64,000 nt of DNA from an uncultured delta proteobacterium (GCA_963796055.1 CAWCKH010000004.1:3200001-3264000), one strand, 5' to 3'; shown: positions 27,341 through 38,228, counted from the first letter of the stretch. Translations and numbers: made by a program. Notes: a model not told the origin generated them from the sequence alone.

Positions 27341-28288
27341 TCACACATAGGTCAGCCACTCTGCGTACCGCGCTTCCTGCCCGCGCACCACCCGGAAGTA
27401 CGCCTCCTGGACCTTCCGCACCACCGGCCCCGGCACGCCGGCGCCGATCCGCCGGTTGTCCACCTCACGGACCGGGGTGATCTCCGCCGCGGTGCCGGTG
27501 AAGAACACCTCGTTGGAGATGTACAGCGCGTCGCGGGTGAAGGTGACCTCCTCCACCGGGTGCCCCATGTCCTTCAGCATGCGCAGCACCGTGCGCCGGG
27601 TGATTCCGGCCAGGATCGGCGAGGACAGCGGGGGCGTCCGCACGATGTCCTTCTTGTTCACCATGAAGATGTTCTCGCCCGACGCCTCGGCCACGAAGCC
27701 GGTCATGTCGAGGAGGATCGCCTCGTCGTAACCGGCCTGCACCACCTCGCGCTTGGCGAGGATGCCGTTGATGTACTGCCCGGTGATCTTCCCCCGGACC
27801 ATGTTCACGTTCACGTGCATGCGGGTGAAGCTCGACACCTTGGCCCGGATGCCGTCGCGCATCCCCTTGTCGCCCAGGTACGCGCCCCAGTCCCAGGCGG
27901 TGATCGCCACCCGGGTGGGGTTCACCGCGCCGAGCCCCATCGCCCCGTCACCCATGAAGGCGATCGGTCGCAGGTAGGCGCCGTTGGCGAAGCGCTGCCG
28001 CTGCACCCGCACCACCTCCAGGCAGGCCTCGCAGAGCTGGTCCTCGGTGAAGGGCAGGGCGAGCTGGATGATGTGACACGAGTCCGCGAAGCGCTTCATG
28101 TGCTCGCGGAGCCGGAACACCGCCAGCCGCCCATCATGGGTCCGGTACGCCCGGATGCCCTCGAACACCCCCAGCCCGTAGTGCAGGGCGTGGGTCATGA
28201 TCGGCACCTGACCCTGCGCCCAGGGGACGATCTTCCCGTCGAGCCAGATGCTGTCTGCGGTGAGGACCGCGTTGGAGGTCGAGCTCAT
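27341..28288 (-). CDS. ilvE: Branched-chain amino acid aminotransferase
   Basis: LHYGLGVFEGIRAY, AYLRP, EASGENIF, LAGITR, FFTGTAAEITPV. Confidence 0.96.
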   Translation of the reverse strand: MSSTSNAVLTADSIWLDGKIVPWAQGQVPIMTHALHYGLGVFEGIRAYRTHDGRLAVFRLREHMKRFADSCHIIQLALPFTEDQLCEACLEVVRVQRQRFANGAYLRPIAFMGDGAMGLGAVNPTRVAITAWDWGAYLGDKGMRDGIRAKVSSFTRMHVNVNMVRGKITGQYINGILAKREVVQAGYDEAILLDMTGFVAEASGENIFMVNKKDIVRTPPLSSPILAGITRRTVLRMLKDMGHPVEEVTFTRDALYISNEVFFTGTAAEITPVREVDNRRIGAGVPGPVVRKVQEAYFRVVRGQEARYAEWLTYV

Positions 28289-28334
28289 CTCGGGGCCGAA
28301 CCACCGCACGCCGCGGCCCCCGCAGTCAAAGGCT

Positions 28335-30440
28335 TCAGAACGTCTTCTGCTGCGCCAGACGCGCCGCCCAGGTCAGGATGCTCAGCTCCCGGAGCGCCTC
28401 GGTGCAGCCCGGGTTGCATTCCACCGCCTTCTCGTACTCGCCCTGCGCTTCCATCGTCTGGCCCAGCGCCTTGTGCACGTGGCCCTTGTAGAGGTGCGCC
28501 CGGTCCAGGGTCGGGCTGCGCTCCACCGCCTCGCCGAGCAAGGTCAGCGCCTGCCGGCCGGCGGCGGCATCGGCCGGGGCGCGAGCGTGGGTGGCCCAGC
28601 CGAGCAGCGCCAGGAACTCCCCCTCCTCGGGCTGCAGCCGCACCGCCTCGGTGAACGCCGCGTGCGCGCCCGCGGTGTCGTCGGCGGCCAGCAGCTGCTC
28701 ACCCCGGCGGAAGGCGCTCTCCGCCTCGAGCATCCGCCCCACCGCCTCGCCCACCTCGTGCTTCACCCCGCCCTCGCGGAGCTCGGCCCGATACCGGGCG
28801 CGGGCTTCCGGGTCCACCAGGGTGTCGTGCGCCTGCCCGACCAGCTCGGCTATCTGCTGCCCGAGCACCTGCACCTCGGGTGAGCCGGCGGGGCCGTCCA
28901 GCCGGTACTCGCGCAGCAGCTCCACTGCCGCGAACCGCACCGCCTCCGGTGGAGCGTCCGGCCGGATGCCCAGCAGCTCGAAGTAGTCCATCCGGCGCAT
29001 GGCGGCGAGCGTGCCGAGCAGCCGCTCGCGGAGGTGCCCCTCGTCGTCGCCGGCCGGGACCTCGTCCTCCAGCTCCAGGACCTCCTCGTCGTCGTCCCAG
29101 GGACGATCGCCCGGGCCCGGCGCGACCGCGGCCTTGATCGGCGTGGGCGGGGGCGGCCTCATCCGGCGCTCGGCACGCAGCTCCACCATCTGGGAGGCCA
29201 GCAGGGCGTAGAGGAACCGGTCGGTGTCCAGCGGGGACAGCGGCCCCCGGCGCCGGAGCTCGCGCACGGTGCGGCTACCGTCCATGAGCGCGAGGAGGCC
29301 GGACTCCTCCTCGCCGAGCGACATGTCCTGCGCCGCGAACAGCGGGTCCTCCGCCGGGTGGACGTACTTCCCGGCGACGTCGCCGAGCGCGGTCAGCAGG
29401 CGGGCGGAGTCGTAGCTCCGCTTCACTCCCTCGTAGACGATGGCTGCGGTTGACATCTGCAGGCGCACCGTCTCCGCCGGTGGCTGGGCCCTGGAGTTGA
29501 ACTGGAACTCGCCCCGTGCCCAGCCGAACACCTCGAGCAGCTTGAGCCGCAGCTGCAGCTCCAGCGCGTAGCGGAGGTTGTGGGGGCTGATGCACCCCAT
29601 CTCGATCAGCACCGTTCCTTGCTGGCGTCCCTCGACCTTCATCCGCCGCAGCGACTCCTCGCAGTCCGCCTCGGAGATCATCCGCTCGCGGACCATCACC
29701 CGCCCGAGGCACTCCGACAGCCGGTTGCTCTTGACGCTCTCCGGCGCCCCGCCGCGGAAGAAGACGATCTTCTTCACCTTGTCCCGCCGGAGCAGGAGCC
29801 CTCCGGTGGCGCGGCGGCGATGGAGATCGGCCAGCAGCTGGGGGAAGGCGCGGGTCTGGAAGTCGCCCCGGTCCGCCGGCGCCGAGCCCGGGGCGGGCGC
29901 CGGGCCCGTGCCGGAACCCGTCTCGGCGGAGGTGGAATCGGCTGCGGTGGACTCCACCAGGGAGGCCTCGGCCTCCGCCCGCGGATCGGCCAGCGGCTCG
30001 GAGGCCGGCTCGGGCGCGCCGTTGGAGGGTGGGGCGGGCGGCGGCTGGGGGAAGCGGTCTCCGAGGACGCCCTCCAGCTTCCCGAACAGCTGGGTGAGCT
30101 TGAACGGCTTCTCCACGAATCCGGCCGCGCCGTGGCGCTCCACCGCCTGTGCCTGGTGGATCTTCGTCTTGTAGATGCCGGAGAGCATCAGCACCGGAGT
30201 CCGCTCGCCGCGCGGGGTGCTCTTGATGCGCCGGGCGACCTCGTAGCCGTTCAAGACTGGAAGGAGCACGTCCAGGAGCACCACGTCGAACGGGTGTCGC
30301 TCGAACGCCGCCAGGGCCGCCTCGCCGTCGCGCTCCACCGTGACCCGGAAGCCCTGCCGGGTGAGCGCATCGGCCAGCATGCGCTGGACGTTGCGGTCGT
30401 CGTCGACCACCAGCACGTGGACGGGGTCCGTCGGGGCCAC
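28335..30440 (-). CDS. Response regulator with DUF4388-like, J-like and TPR domains
   Basis: Receiver (VVDDD, LLDVLLP, EKPF); central TGGLLL..KKIVFFRGG / FGWARGEFQF; MDYFELLGI..AHDTLVDPEARARY; C-terminal TPRs; GTG start inferred after AGGAAG. Confidence 0.85.
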   Translation of the reverse strand: MAPTDPVHVLVVDDDRNVQRMLADALTRQGFRVTVERDGEAALAAFERHPFDVVLLDVLLPVLNGYEVARRIKSTPRGERTPVLMLSGIYKTKIHQAQAVERHGAAGFVEKPFKLTQLFGKLEGVLGDRFPQPPPAPPSNGAPEPASEPLADPRAEAEASLVESTAADSTSAETGSGTGPAPAPGSAPADRGDFQTRAFPQLLADLHRRRATGGLLLRRDKVKKIVFFRGGAPESVKSNRLSECLGRVMVRERMISEADCEESLRRMKVEGRQQGTVLIEMGCISPHNLRYALELQLRLKLLEVFGWARGEFQFNSRAQPPAETVRLQMSTAAIVYEGVKRSYDSARLLTALGDVAGKYVHPAEDPLFAAQDMSLGEEESGLLALMDGSRTVRELRRRGPLSPLDTDRFLYALLASQMVELRAERRMRPPPPTPIKAAVAPGPGDRPWDDDEEVLELEDEVPAGDDEGHLRERLLGTLAAMRRMDYFELLGIRPDAPPEAVRFAAVELLREYRLDGPAGSPEVQVLGQQIAELVGQAHDTLVDPEARARYRAELREGGVKHEVGEAVGRMLEAESAFRRGEQLLAADDTAGAHAAFTEAVRLQPEEGEFLALLGWATHARAPADAAAGRQALTLLGEAVERSPTLDRAHLYKGHVHKALGQTMEAQGEYEKAVECNPGCTEALRELSILTWAARLAQQKTF

Positions 30441-30462
30441 CTGAACGCTCTTCCTACCATGC

Positions 30463-33400
30463 TCACTGCTGGAGGACACGGACGTAGGCCGCCCGCACGG
30501 TGGCTGCCATCGCCCTGTACTCCGACAGGAACGCACCACCGGCGTCCGGACCTCCGTACCCCAGCCGCCGCGCCAGCAGCAGCAGCGGCCGCCCGCGGGT
30601 GGGGAGGTGCTGCAGCGGTCTTCCGTGCACCAGACGCTGCCGGCTCTCCACCCGGCGGAGAAAGAGGTAGCCCTCCCGCAGCTGGGCCGCGTCCTCCCGG
30701 CGGAGCTTTCCGCACGCGGCGAGCGCCGCCAGTGCCTCGAGCGTTCCTGGCTGGCGCACCGCGGGCACTGCCGCCCCGTGCAGCAGCTGGAGGTACTGGG
30801 TGGCGAACTCCACGTCCACCAGGCCTCCCTGCCCGGTCTTGGGGTTCAGCCGGTCCACCGACTCGCCCGCCACCTCGCGCTCCATCCGCATCCGGAGCCG
30901 GTGGATCTCCTCGGCCGCACCCTCGGGCAGCGGGCGCTCCCAGACCAGCGGGGCGAGCGCAGTGCCGAGCAGCCGCTCCCCGTAGGCCACCTCCCCGGCC
31001 ACCGCCCTGGCCTTCACCAGCGCCTGCCGCTCCCAGAGCTGCGCGCGCCGCGCGTGGTGCTCCAGCAACGCCTCCTCGCTCACCACCAGCGGCCCCTGGT
31101 TCCCCGAGGGACGGAGCCGGGTGTCGACCTGGTACAGCCTCCCCTCCCGGTACTGGAGCGTGAGGAGCGAGAGAAGCCGTTGCACCATCCGGGCGAAGTA
31201 CTCGTGGTGGCCGAGGCGTCCCTGGGTGCCGCCGGTGGTCTCCTCGTCGGCGCTGGAGCCATAGACGAAGAGGAGGTCCAGGTCGGAGTGGTAGCCGAGC
31301 TCGCGCCCGCCGAGCTTCCCCATCCCCAGCACCGCCAGCGGCGCCCGCCGTCCGTCCCGCATCCGGGGAATTCCCCACCGGGACCGGGCGTGCTCGGCGG
31401 CGAGCAGCACCGCGTGATCCAGCAGCCCGTCGGCGAGCGCGGTGAGCTGCCGGGCCACCTCCGGCACCTCCAGCTCGCCGGCGATGTCGCCCAGGCCCAC
31501 CCGGAGCACCTCCTCGTTCTTGAAGCGGCGGAGCGCGCCCAGCAGCTGCTCCGGGTCGTCGGTGGCCCGGGCCGCCCGACCGTCCAGCTCGGCCCGGATC
31601 CGCTCCGGCGGCTTGTGCAGCGCCTCGGCGTCCCAGGAGACCAGCTGGTCGAGCAGCTCGGGCGTGCGGACCAGCTCCGCGCTCAGGTACGCGCTCTGTC
31701 CGAAGAGGTCGAGCAGGCGCCGGGCGACGGCCGGCCGCTGCTGGAGGAGGCGCAGGTAGCCCGCCGGGACCGAGAGCGCGGAGGCGAACTCGGCGAGGTA
31801 GAACAGCGCCTGGTCCGGGTCCGGGCTCCGCGCCGCCCCCTGGAGCAGCTGGAGCGCGATGCCCGACGGCCCGGGGCCCTCCTCCAGCCGGGCCGCCCCC
31901 AGTACCCGCCGGAGCCGCTGGACGGAGGCGAGCGCGGCCAGCCCGTCGTCGAAGCCGCGACGGGCGAACGCCTCCGCCCGGGTGGCGTCGTCCACGTCCT
32001 CGTCGAGCGCGACCACCAGATCGGGGTCGTGCGGCAACTCGCCCCGGGCCTCCGGGCCGAGGAGGACGTGGAAGGCCTGTGCCACGTAGGTACGGTGCCG
32101 GGCCAGCTCGACCTCGAGGCCGGCCGCGTCCACGAATCCCAGCGCGTGCGCCAGCCGGTCCCGCTCCGGTCCGGGCGGCGGCACCGCCTGTGTTTGCCGC
32201 TCGTCCACCATCTGCAGCCGGTTCTCCACCCGGCGGAGGAAGGCATAGGCCTCGAGCAGCCGGTCGGCGTCGGCCTGCGACAGCAGCCCCGCCTCCACCA
32301 GCCGCCGCAGCGCCCGCTGGGTGGAGCGGACCCGGAGGACCGCATTCCGGCCGCCGTGAAGGAGCTGCAGCGCCGCGGCCACGAACTCCACCTCGCGGAT
32401 GCCGCCGGGACCCAGCTTCACGTCGTTCTCGCGGGTGGTGCTGCGCAGATCGATCTGCATCTTGAGGTCGCGGAGCGCCTCCACCGCGGCGAGGTCGAGC
32501 GTCCGCCGCCAGACGAAGGGCCCCAGTCCCTCGAGCAGCTCTTGCCCCAGCGCCAGGTCTCCGGCCACCGGCCGGGCCTTGATCCACGCCGCCCGTTCCC
32601 AGGTCCGCCCCTGCTGCTCGTAGTACTGCAGCATCGCCGGGAGCGAGAAGACCGCCGCGCCGGCGCGCCCCTGCGGCCGCAGATCCAGATCCACCCGGAA
32701 GCAGAAGCCGTCCTCGGTGACGGTGGACATCGCCCGGGTCAGCGCCTCGGCGAGCCGGGTATAGTAGGTGACGGTGGGCACCGCGCCGGCGCTCCCGCCG
32801 CTGGTGGTGCCGTCGCCGCGGTGCACGAGGACCAGGTCGATGTCCGAGCTCCAGTTGAGGTCCTCGCCCCCGAGCTTGCCCAGCCCGAGCACCACGAAGC
32901 CCTCGGGGACCGGCGCGCCGTAGCGGTCCTGGAGCCGCGCCTCGAGCCGGGGCAAGGCGGCCCGGAGCAGCGCCTCGGCGAGCGCCGTCTGCTCCCGCCC
33001 CAGGGTCTCCATCGGCATCCCGAGCCACACGTCGCGGGCGGCGAGCCGGAGCGCCTGCCGCGCCTTGAATCGCCGGAGCCGCCGGACCAGCTCCTCCGCT
33101 CCCCCGTTCCCGGCGCGACGGAGGACCGAGGCCAGGCCTGCCTCCAGCTCTGCGACACCGAGTTGCACCCCGGTGCTCGCGCTCCGGTGCACCCAGCGCA
33201 GCAGCCCCGGCCTTCGCTGCAGCAACCGCTGCATCGACTCGCTGGCCAGCACCAGGCGGGCGGCGAGGGCCTCCGCCCCCGGCGCCTGTACCAGGGCCTC
33301 CTGGATGCGGAGCAGCCCGCGGGTGACTCCGTCCACCTCTCCGGTGCGCCGGATGGCGTCCACCAGCGCGGCGGCTTGGCGCTCCCCGAGCCGGGCCGCC

Positions 33401-33465
33401 AGCGCCTCGAGCTCCCGCCCGGTGCGCTCGGCCAGCCCGAGCGTGCCCGGACCCGCGGCGGTCAC
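30463..33465 (-). CDS. glnE: Glutamine synthetase adenylyltransferase/removase
   Basis: Two nucleotidyltransferase domains GKLGGEDLNWSSDIDL and GKLGGRELGYHSDLDL; VDLDLRPQG and VDTRLRPSG; WERAAWIKAR. Confidence 0.96.
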   Translation of the reverse strand: MTAAGPGTLGLAERTGRELEALAARLGERQAAALVDAIRRTGEVDGVTRGLLRIQEALVQAPGAEALAARLVLASESMQRLLQRRPGLLRWVHRSASTGVQLGVAELEAGLASVLRRAGNGGAEELVRRLRRFKARQALRLAARDVWLGMPMETLGREQTALAEALLRAALPRLEARLQDRYGAPVPEGFVVLGLGKLGGEDLNWSSDIDLVLVHRGDGTTSGGSAGAVPTVTYYTRLAEALTRAMSTVTEDGFCFRVDLDLRPQGRAGAAVFSLPAMLQYYEQQGRTWERAAWIKARPVAGDLALGQELLEGLGPFVWRRTLDLAAVEALRDLKMQIDLRSTTRENDVKLGPGGIREVEFVAAALQLLHGGRNAVLRVRSTQRALRRLVEAGLLSQADADRLLEAYAFLRRVENRLQMVDERQTQAVPPPGPERDRLAHALGFVDAAGLEVELARHRTYVAQAFHVLLGPEARGELPHDPDLVVALDEDVDDATRAEAFARRGFDDGLAALASVQRLRRVLGAARLEEGPGPSGIALQLLQGAARSPDPDQALFYLAEFASALSVPAGYLRLLQQRPAVARRLLDLFGQSAYLSAELVRTPELLDQLVSWDAEALHKPPERIRAELDGRAARATDDPEQLLGALRRFKNEEVLRVGLGDIAGELEVPEVARQLTALADGLLDHAVLLAAEHARSRWGIPRMRDGRRAPLAVLGMGKLGGRELGYHSDLDLLFVYGSSADEETTGGTQGRLGHHEYFARMVQRLLSLLTLQYREGRLYQVDTRLRPSGNQGPLVVSEEALLEHHARRAQLWERQALVKARAVAGEVAYGERLLGTALAPLVWERPLPEGAAEEIHRLRMRMEREVAGESVDRLNPKTGQGGLVDVEFATQYLQLLHGAAVPAVRQPGTLEALAALAACGKLRREDAAQLREGYLFLRRVESRQRLVHGRPLQHLPTRGRPLLLLARRLGYGGPDAGGAFLSEYRAMAATVRAAYVRVLQQ

Positions 33466-34418
33466 GGCGTGGCGATCTGCCCCAGCTGGGTCCGCACCTT
33501 CTCCACGTCGGAGGCGTGCTTGAGGAGCACGTTCAGCGTCGCGGCGACCAGCTCGGGCGAGAGGGACTCGGCGTTGAGCAGCACCAGGCTCCTCGCCCAG
33601 TCCAGCGTCTCGCTGATGGAAGGTGGCTTCTTCAGCTCGATGCTCCGGATGCGCTCCACCGCCCCCACCACCTGGGCCGCGAGGGTCGCCGGCACCTCGG
33701 GCGCCCGGGTGCGGACGATGCGCAGCTCCCGCTCGCGGTCGGGGAAGTCGATGTGGAGGTGCAGGCAGCGGCGCTTGAGGGCGTCGGACAGCTCACGCGC
33801 CGCATTGGAGGTCAGCACCGCCCGGGGAGACGACTTGGCCCGGAGCGTCCCCAGCTCCGGGATGGTGACCGCGGCGTCGGCCAGCACCTCCAGGAGGAAG
33901 GCCTCGAACTCCGGGTCCGCCTTGTCCACCTCGTCCACGAGCAGCAGCGCGGGAGTGGGCGAGAGCAGGGCGCGGAGCACGGGCCGCGGGAGCAGGAAGC
34001 GCTCGGAGAAGAACACCGCGTCGGATGCCGCGATGCGGTCCGCCGCCTCGGCAAGCGTCGCCGCGCCGGCGAGCGACTCTCCTAGCTTGTCCCTGAGGAT
34101 CTGCGTGTACAGCAGCTGCTTGGCGTACTCCCACTCGTACAGCGCCTTCGCCTCGTCCAGCCCCTCGTAGCACTGCAGCCGGAACAGCTGCCGCCCCAGG
34201 GCCTGGGCCATGGCCCGGGCGAACTCGGTCTTCCCCACCCCCGCCGGCCCCTCCACCAGGACGGGCTTCTCCAGCCGATCGGCGAGGAAGGCGGCGGTGG
34301 CGATCTCGGTCGACGCCAGATACCCGGTCGCCTGAAGGCGGTCCCGGGCGTCTGTCACGGAGGTGAACCCTGGCAGCACCCCTGTCGGAGAGGTCGACGG
34401 TGTGACCGAATTTTCCAC
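33462..34418 (-). CDS. MoxR-family AAA+ ATPase (CoxD-like)
   Basis: EGPAGVGKT, RLQCYEGLDE, LYEWEYAKQ, LVDEVDKAD, LSDALKRRC; start inferred at GTG 34418. Confidence 0.9.
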   Translation of the reverse strand: MENSVTPSTSPTGVLPGFTSVTDARDRLQATGYLASTEIATAAFLADRLEKPVLVEGPAGVGKTEFARAMAQALGRQLFRLQCYEGLDEAKALYEWEYAKQLLYTQILRDKLGESLAGAATLAEAADRIAASDAVFFSERFLLPRPVLRALLSPTPALLLVDEVDKADPEFEAFLLEVLADAAVTIPELGTLRAKSSPRAVLTSNAARELSDALKRRCLHLHIDFPDRERELRIVRTRAPEVPATLAAQVVGAVERIRSIELKKPPSISETLDWARSLVLLNAESLSPELVAATLNVLLKHASDVEKVRTQLGQIATP

Positions 34419-34590
34419 AGTGAGTTGCCGTCCCTGTTTCTTGCCGGCCGCCGGGCCGACGCGCATCCCGTGGATATCAGAGGTGCGGCGGCCGGGCACG
34501 AACGGTGGTCCGGTGCGTGCAAAGGGCTCGGTGGACGGGGCCAGGCCGAGGGCTCCGAGAGGTGTGAACGTGAGGTCGCCCGGGGTCAAG

Positions 34591-34812
34591 ATGTGGCTGG
34601 GACTGGTGGCGCTGCTGCTCCCTGGCGGACTTCTCTTGCTGATGGGATGGGTGCTCGTCCGCGCCCTGACCCGGGCCAGTGCCCGGATCCGACTGGAGAC
34701 GGCGTCCATCGGTGAGCCGTCCAATGCGTGGCAACCGGTGTGGCAGGTGTGTCAGGCGGTGTCGCAGGTGCGCATTCGCGACGTGCTGCGGGAGGCCCGG
34801 GGCTCTCTGTAG
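34591..34812 (+). CDS. Small hypothetical membrane protein
   Basis: 73 aa, hydrophobic N-terminus MWLGLVALLLPGGLLLLMGWVLV; fills the gap between moxR and aglZ. Confidence 0.5.
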   Translation: MWLGLVALLLPGGLLLLMGWVLVRALTRASARIRLETASIGEPSNAWQPVWQVCQAVSQVRIRDVLREARGSL

Positions 34813-34834
34813 CCCCCGGTCCGAAGACCTGGCT

Positions 34835-37800
34835 TCAGGGCTTGTCGAGCTCGTCGACCAGCTTCTGCCAGGCCTCGTCGCCGTCGTTGGGCGGTGTCTG
34901 CTTCGGCGCCGCCGCCGGGGCAGTGCGCTGGACCACCACGTTCGCCCCGGAGGGAGTCGACGGCGCCGGCGCGGCGCGTGCCTTGAGCCGGGCCAGCTCG
35001 AGCTCGGCGACCTTCAGCGCCCGGGCGCGCTCCTGCACCGACTGCTGGAGACGGGCCACCTCCTGCGCCTTCGCCGCGTCCCGCCGCTCGAGCTCCGCCC
35101 GCTGCTTCGCCACCAGCTCCTCGCGCTCGCCGAGGGCCCGGGCCTCGATCTCCTTGCGTGCCTTCTCCGCCGCCGCGAGCCGTCCGGCGGCATCCGCGGC
35201 CCGCGCCTCCGCCGCCTGGACCCGGCCCCCGAGCTCGCGCTCGATCCGCGTGCGCTCCGCCACCGCGCTGCGCGCCTCGGCCTGCAGCGCGGCCGCCCGC
35301 TGCACGGCCTCCTCCCGCTCGGCCTCCGCCCGTGCGCCCGCCTCCTCGAGCTCCGCCACCCGGGCGCCCAGCTGGGCGGCCGTCTCCTGCGCCTGCGCCT
35401 CGGCCGCCTCGGCACGCTCCAGCAGCGCCTGCTCCCGGCCCGCAGCCTCGGCGCGCTCGCTGGACAGCACTGCCTCGAGCTCGGCGCCGCGGGTGCGGAG
35501 GGACTCGACCTCGGCCCCGAGCTCGGTCCGCGCCCTGTCGCGCTCGGTCTGCGCCTGGGCGAGCTGCGCCGAGAGCTGATCCACCCGCCCTCCGAGCTCG
35601 GTCTTGAGGGTCAGCGTCTCGCGGGTCGCGGTGGCGAGCTTCTGCGAGAGCTCGGTCTGTCGGCGTCCCGCGGCCTCGGTGAACTCCTTGAAGCGCGCCT
35701 CGGCCTGCTTGAGCTGCTCGCCCCGGGCCTGCGCGTCCCGGGCGGCCGCCTCCCGCTCACGCGCCCGCTCGGCGTTGGCCTCGGCCAGCCGCGCCCGGGC
35801 CTCCTCGAGCTGGGTGGTGAGCCCGGCCAGGTCGCCGCGGAGCAACTCCTCCTGCCGGGCTGCGGCATCCTGGAATTCGCGCAGCCTCTCCTCGAGGTCT
35901 GCCCGGGCGTCCTCGGTCTGCGCGAGCTGGCCCGACAGCCGGGTCACCTCGCCCACCCGCGTGCCCAGCTCCTGCTTGGTGAGGGAGAGGAGCTCCACGT
36001 GGTCCGCCAGCTCGTCCTTGTGCTGGGCCAGGTCCAGGTCCAGCGCGGCGCGCGCCCGGGAGGTGGCCTCGAGCTCGCCGCGGGTCGCCGCGTGGTGCGC
36101 GCGCTCCTGGCCCAGCTCGGACGTGGTCGCCTCAAGCTGGCCCCGGGTGTCCACCACCAGGCGCTCGGCCCGGTCGAGCGAAGCCTGGCTGTCGGCCAGC
36201 AGCTGCTGGGTGGCAGCCAGCTCGCCCTGCAGCGCGAGCTTCTCCGCCTCCACCGCCGCGAGGCTGGCCTCCAGCTCGGAGCCGCGGGCCCGCGCCTCGC
36301 GCAGCTGGACGTCCGCCTCCTCCAGTTCCCGGACGAACTCCTGGGCCTGCTGGGCGCGCTCGGCGAGCTGCTCCTGCGCGGTGGCCAGGGCGTCCTCGGT
36401 CCGGGCCAGGTCGGCCTGGAGCCTCGTCCGCTCGGCCTCCACCTGCGCCCGCGCGCTCCGTTCGGCCTCCAGCGCCGCGGCGGTCTCGGCCAGCCTCGTG
36501 GTCAGGCCCTTCACCTGCCTGGTGAGCTCGGTCTCGCGCTCCTCGAGCTGGGCGCGGGTGGCCTCGAGCTCGCCCTCCAGCTCCCCGATGCGCTCGAGCT
36601 TCGCCTGGACCTGGGAGTGCATCTCGGCTTCGACGCTCTCCCGCTGCTCGTGCGCCTGCGCGAGCTCCCGCTCCAGCGCCGCGGTCCGGGCGTCGCGCTC
36701 GGCGAGCCGGTCCGCCATCTGCTTGCCGAGGTGCTCCAGCTCCAGCTTGAGGTTCTCGCCCGCCGTCTCGGCGGCGAACAGGCGTTGCTCCAGCCCCTGC
36801 ACCTGGGCGGTGTTGCGCGCTTCGGCCTGCTCGCGCTCCTCCACCAGCCGGACGACCTCGGCCTCCGCCTTGTCCGCCCGCCCCTCGCCCTTCAGCGCCC
36901 GGGCCTCCAGCGAGGCCACGGTCGATTCGCGCTCGCTGCGCGTCTCGGCCAGCGTCCTCTCCAGCTCGGCGATGCGCCGGGCGCTCTCCGCGTCGTGGCT
37001 GTCTCGCTCCTGGGTGGTGCGCTCGAGCGCCTCCCGCGTCGCCGCCAGGTCGCGCTCGGCGGCCTCGGCACGGGCGGTCATGGTCGCCAGTCCGCTGGAG
37101 AGCGTCTGCTCCTTCACCTCGAACTCGAGCGTCGCCACCCCCAGCGCGCGCTCCAGCCGCTCGGCCTCGGCCAGTCCTCGCTCCACGGCCTGGACCTTCT
37201 CCCGGAGCTCCTCCTCGCGCGCGGTGAGCTCGCGGCGGGTGTGGTTGAGGTCCTTCTCCTTGGAGGCCACCACCTCGATGAGGTCCTTCTCGGTGGCGAA
37301 TTTCTGGAGCAGCAGGTCATCGACGGTCGCCCCGTGCTCCCGCTCCTTCTGCAGCATCGCCGCCTGGGCCTCGTTGAAGCGGCGGAGCAGGTCGTCCACC
37401 TGCATCTTCAGCCCCTGCAGCTCGACGTCCTTCTCGTGCAGCCGGTCCTCGACGCTGAGCAGCTCGCGCTCGCGGACGGTCCAGATCTCCGAGATGCGGG
37501 CCAGCTGGGCCTCGCGGAGCTTCAGCTCGTCGCGGAGGAATCTGGATCTTCCCCTCCGGCGTGCCCATCGCCTCGCGGCGCGGCGGTGTCCGCCGCAGCT
37601 TCTGGGACTCGGCGAGCAGCTCGGCCTTCCGGTCGGCGATGGAGGCGAAGGTCCGGTCGAGGAACGCCCGGTCCTCCTCGGTGAACGCGCTCCGCCGCTC
37701 GCGCCGTGGCAACCGTGGGGGGCTCCCCGGAGGCGGCGCCCGGAGCGGTGGCGGCACCGGCATCTCCCGGGTGGGGGTGGGCCGGGCCTCGCCGGTGAGC

Positions 37801-38213
37801 GCCTCCTCGAGCGAGCGGTCCATGTCGTCGCCCGCGGGCGGGGGCGGCAGGATGCCGTGGGTCATCTGCGCCAGCTCGCCCATCTCGAAGGGAATGGTGA
37901 GGTAGCCGTCGGCGGCGTTCGGCCCCTGCGAGTGCTGGGCTAGGCCCTCCTGCCCCACGTCGGACGAGAGCAGGAGGACCGGGAGGTTCTGGCCGAAGCG
38001 GCCCTTCTTGATCTGCCCGCAGAGCACGAAGCCGGACTGGTCCGGCAACTCGGCGCGGAGCACTACCAGGTCCGGGCGCCGCAGCTCGAGCTCGCGCTGG
38101 GCATCGGCGGCGTTGTCGGCCGTGGCGGTCTGGAAACCCGCCGACCGGAGCACGGAGGCCATGCTCAGGGCGAACTCGTTCTGACTCTCGACGATGAGGA
38201 CTCGACGCTCCAT
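34835..38213 (-). CDS. aglZ: Adventurous gliding motility protein AglZ (pseudo-receiver plus long coiled coil), one apparent +1 frameshift near 37540
   Basis: MERRVLIVESQNEFALSMASVL...RRPDLVVLRAEL..QSGFVLCG matches my recollection of the AglZ N-terminus; about 900 aa coiled coil; removing one A at 37539-37540 restores GKIQILRDELK. Confidence 0.88.
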
Positions 38214-38228
38214 CAAGGGGGGCAGAGC

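Noticed and set aside
34835..37500. Repetitive DNA as a CRISPR array or tandem repeat
   Set aside because: Reflects E/A/R/L heptad codons of the AglZ coiled coil; no fixed repeat-spacer period and no cas genes
30251..37943. Very long alternative-frame ORFs (e.g. 30607-34170, 34679-37684, 30251-33028)
   Set aside because: Antisense or shifted shadows of glnE, moxR and aglZ caused by stop-codon scarcity at high GC; no motifs
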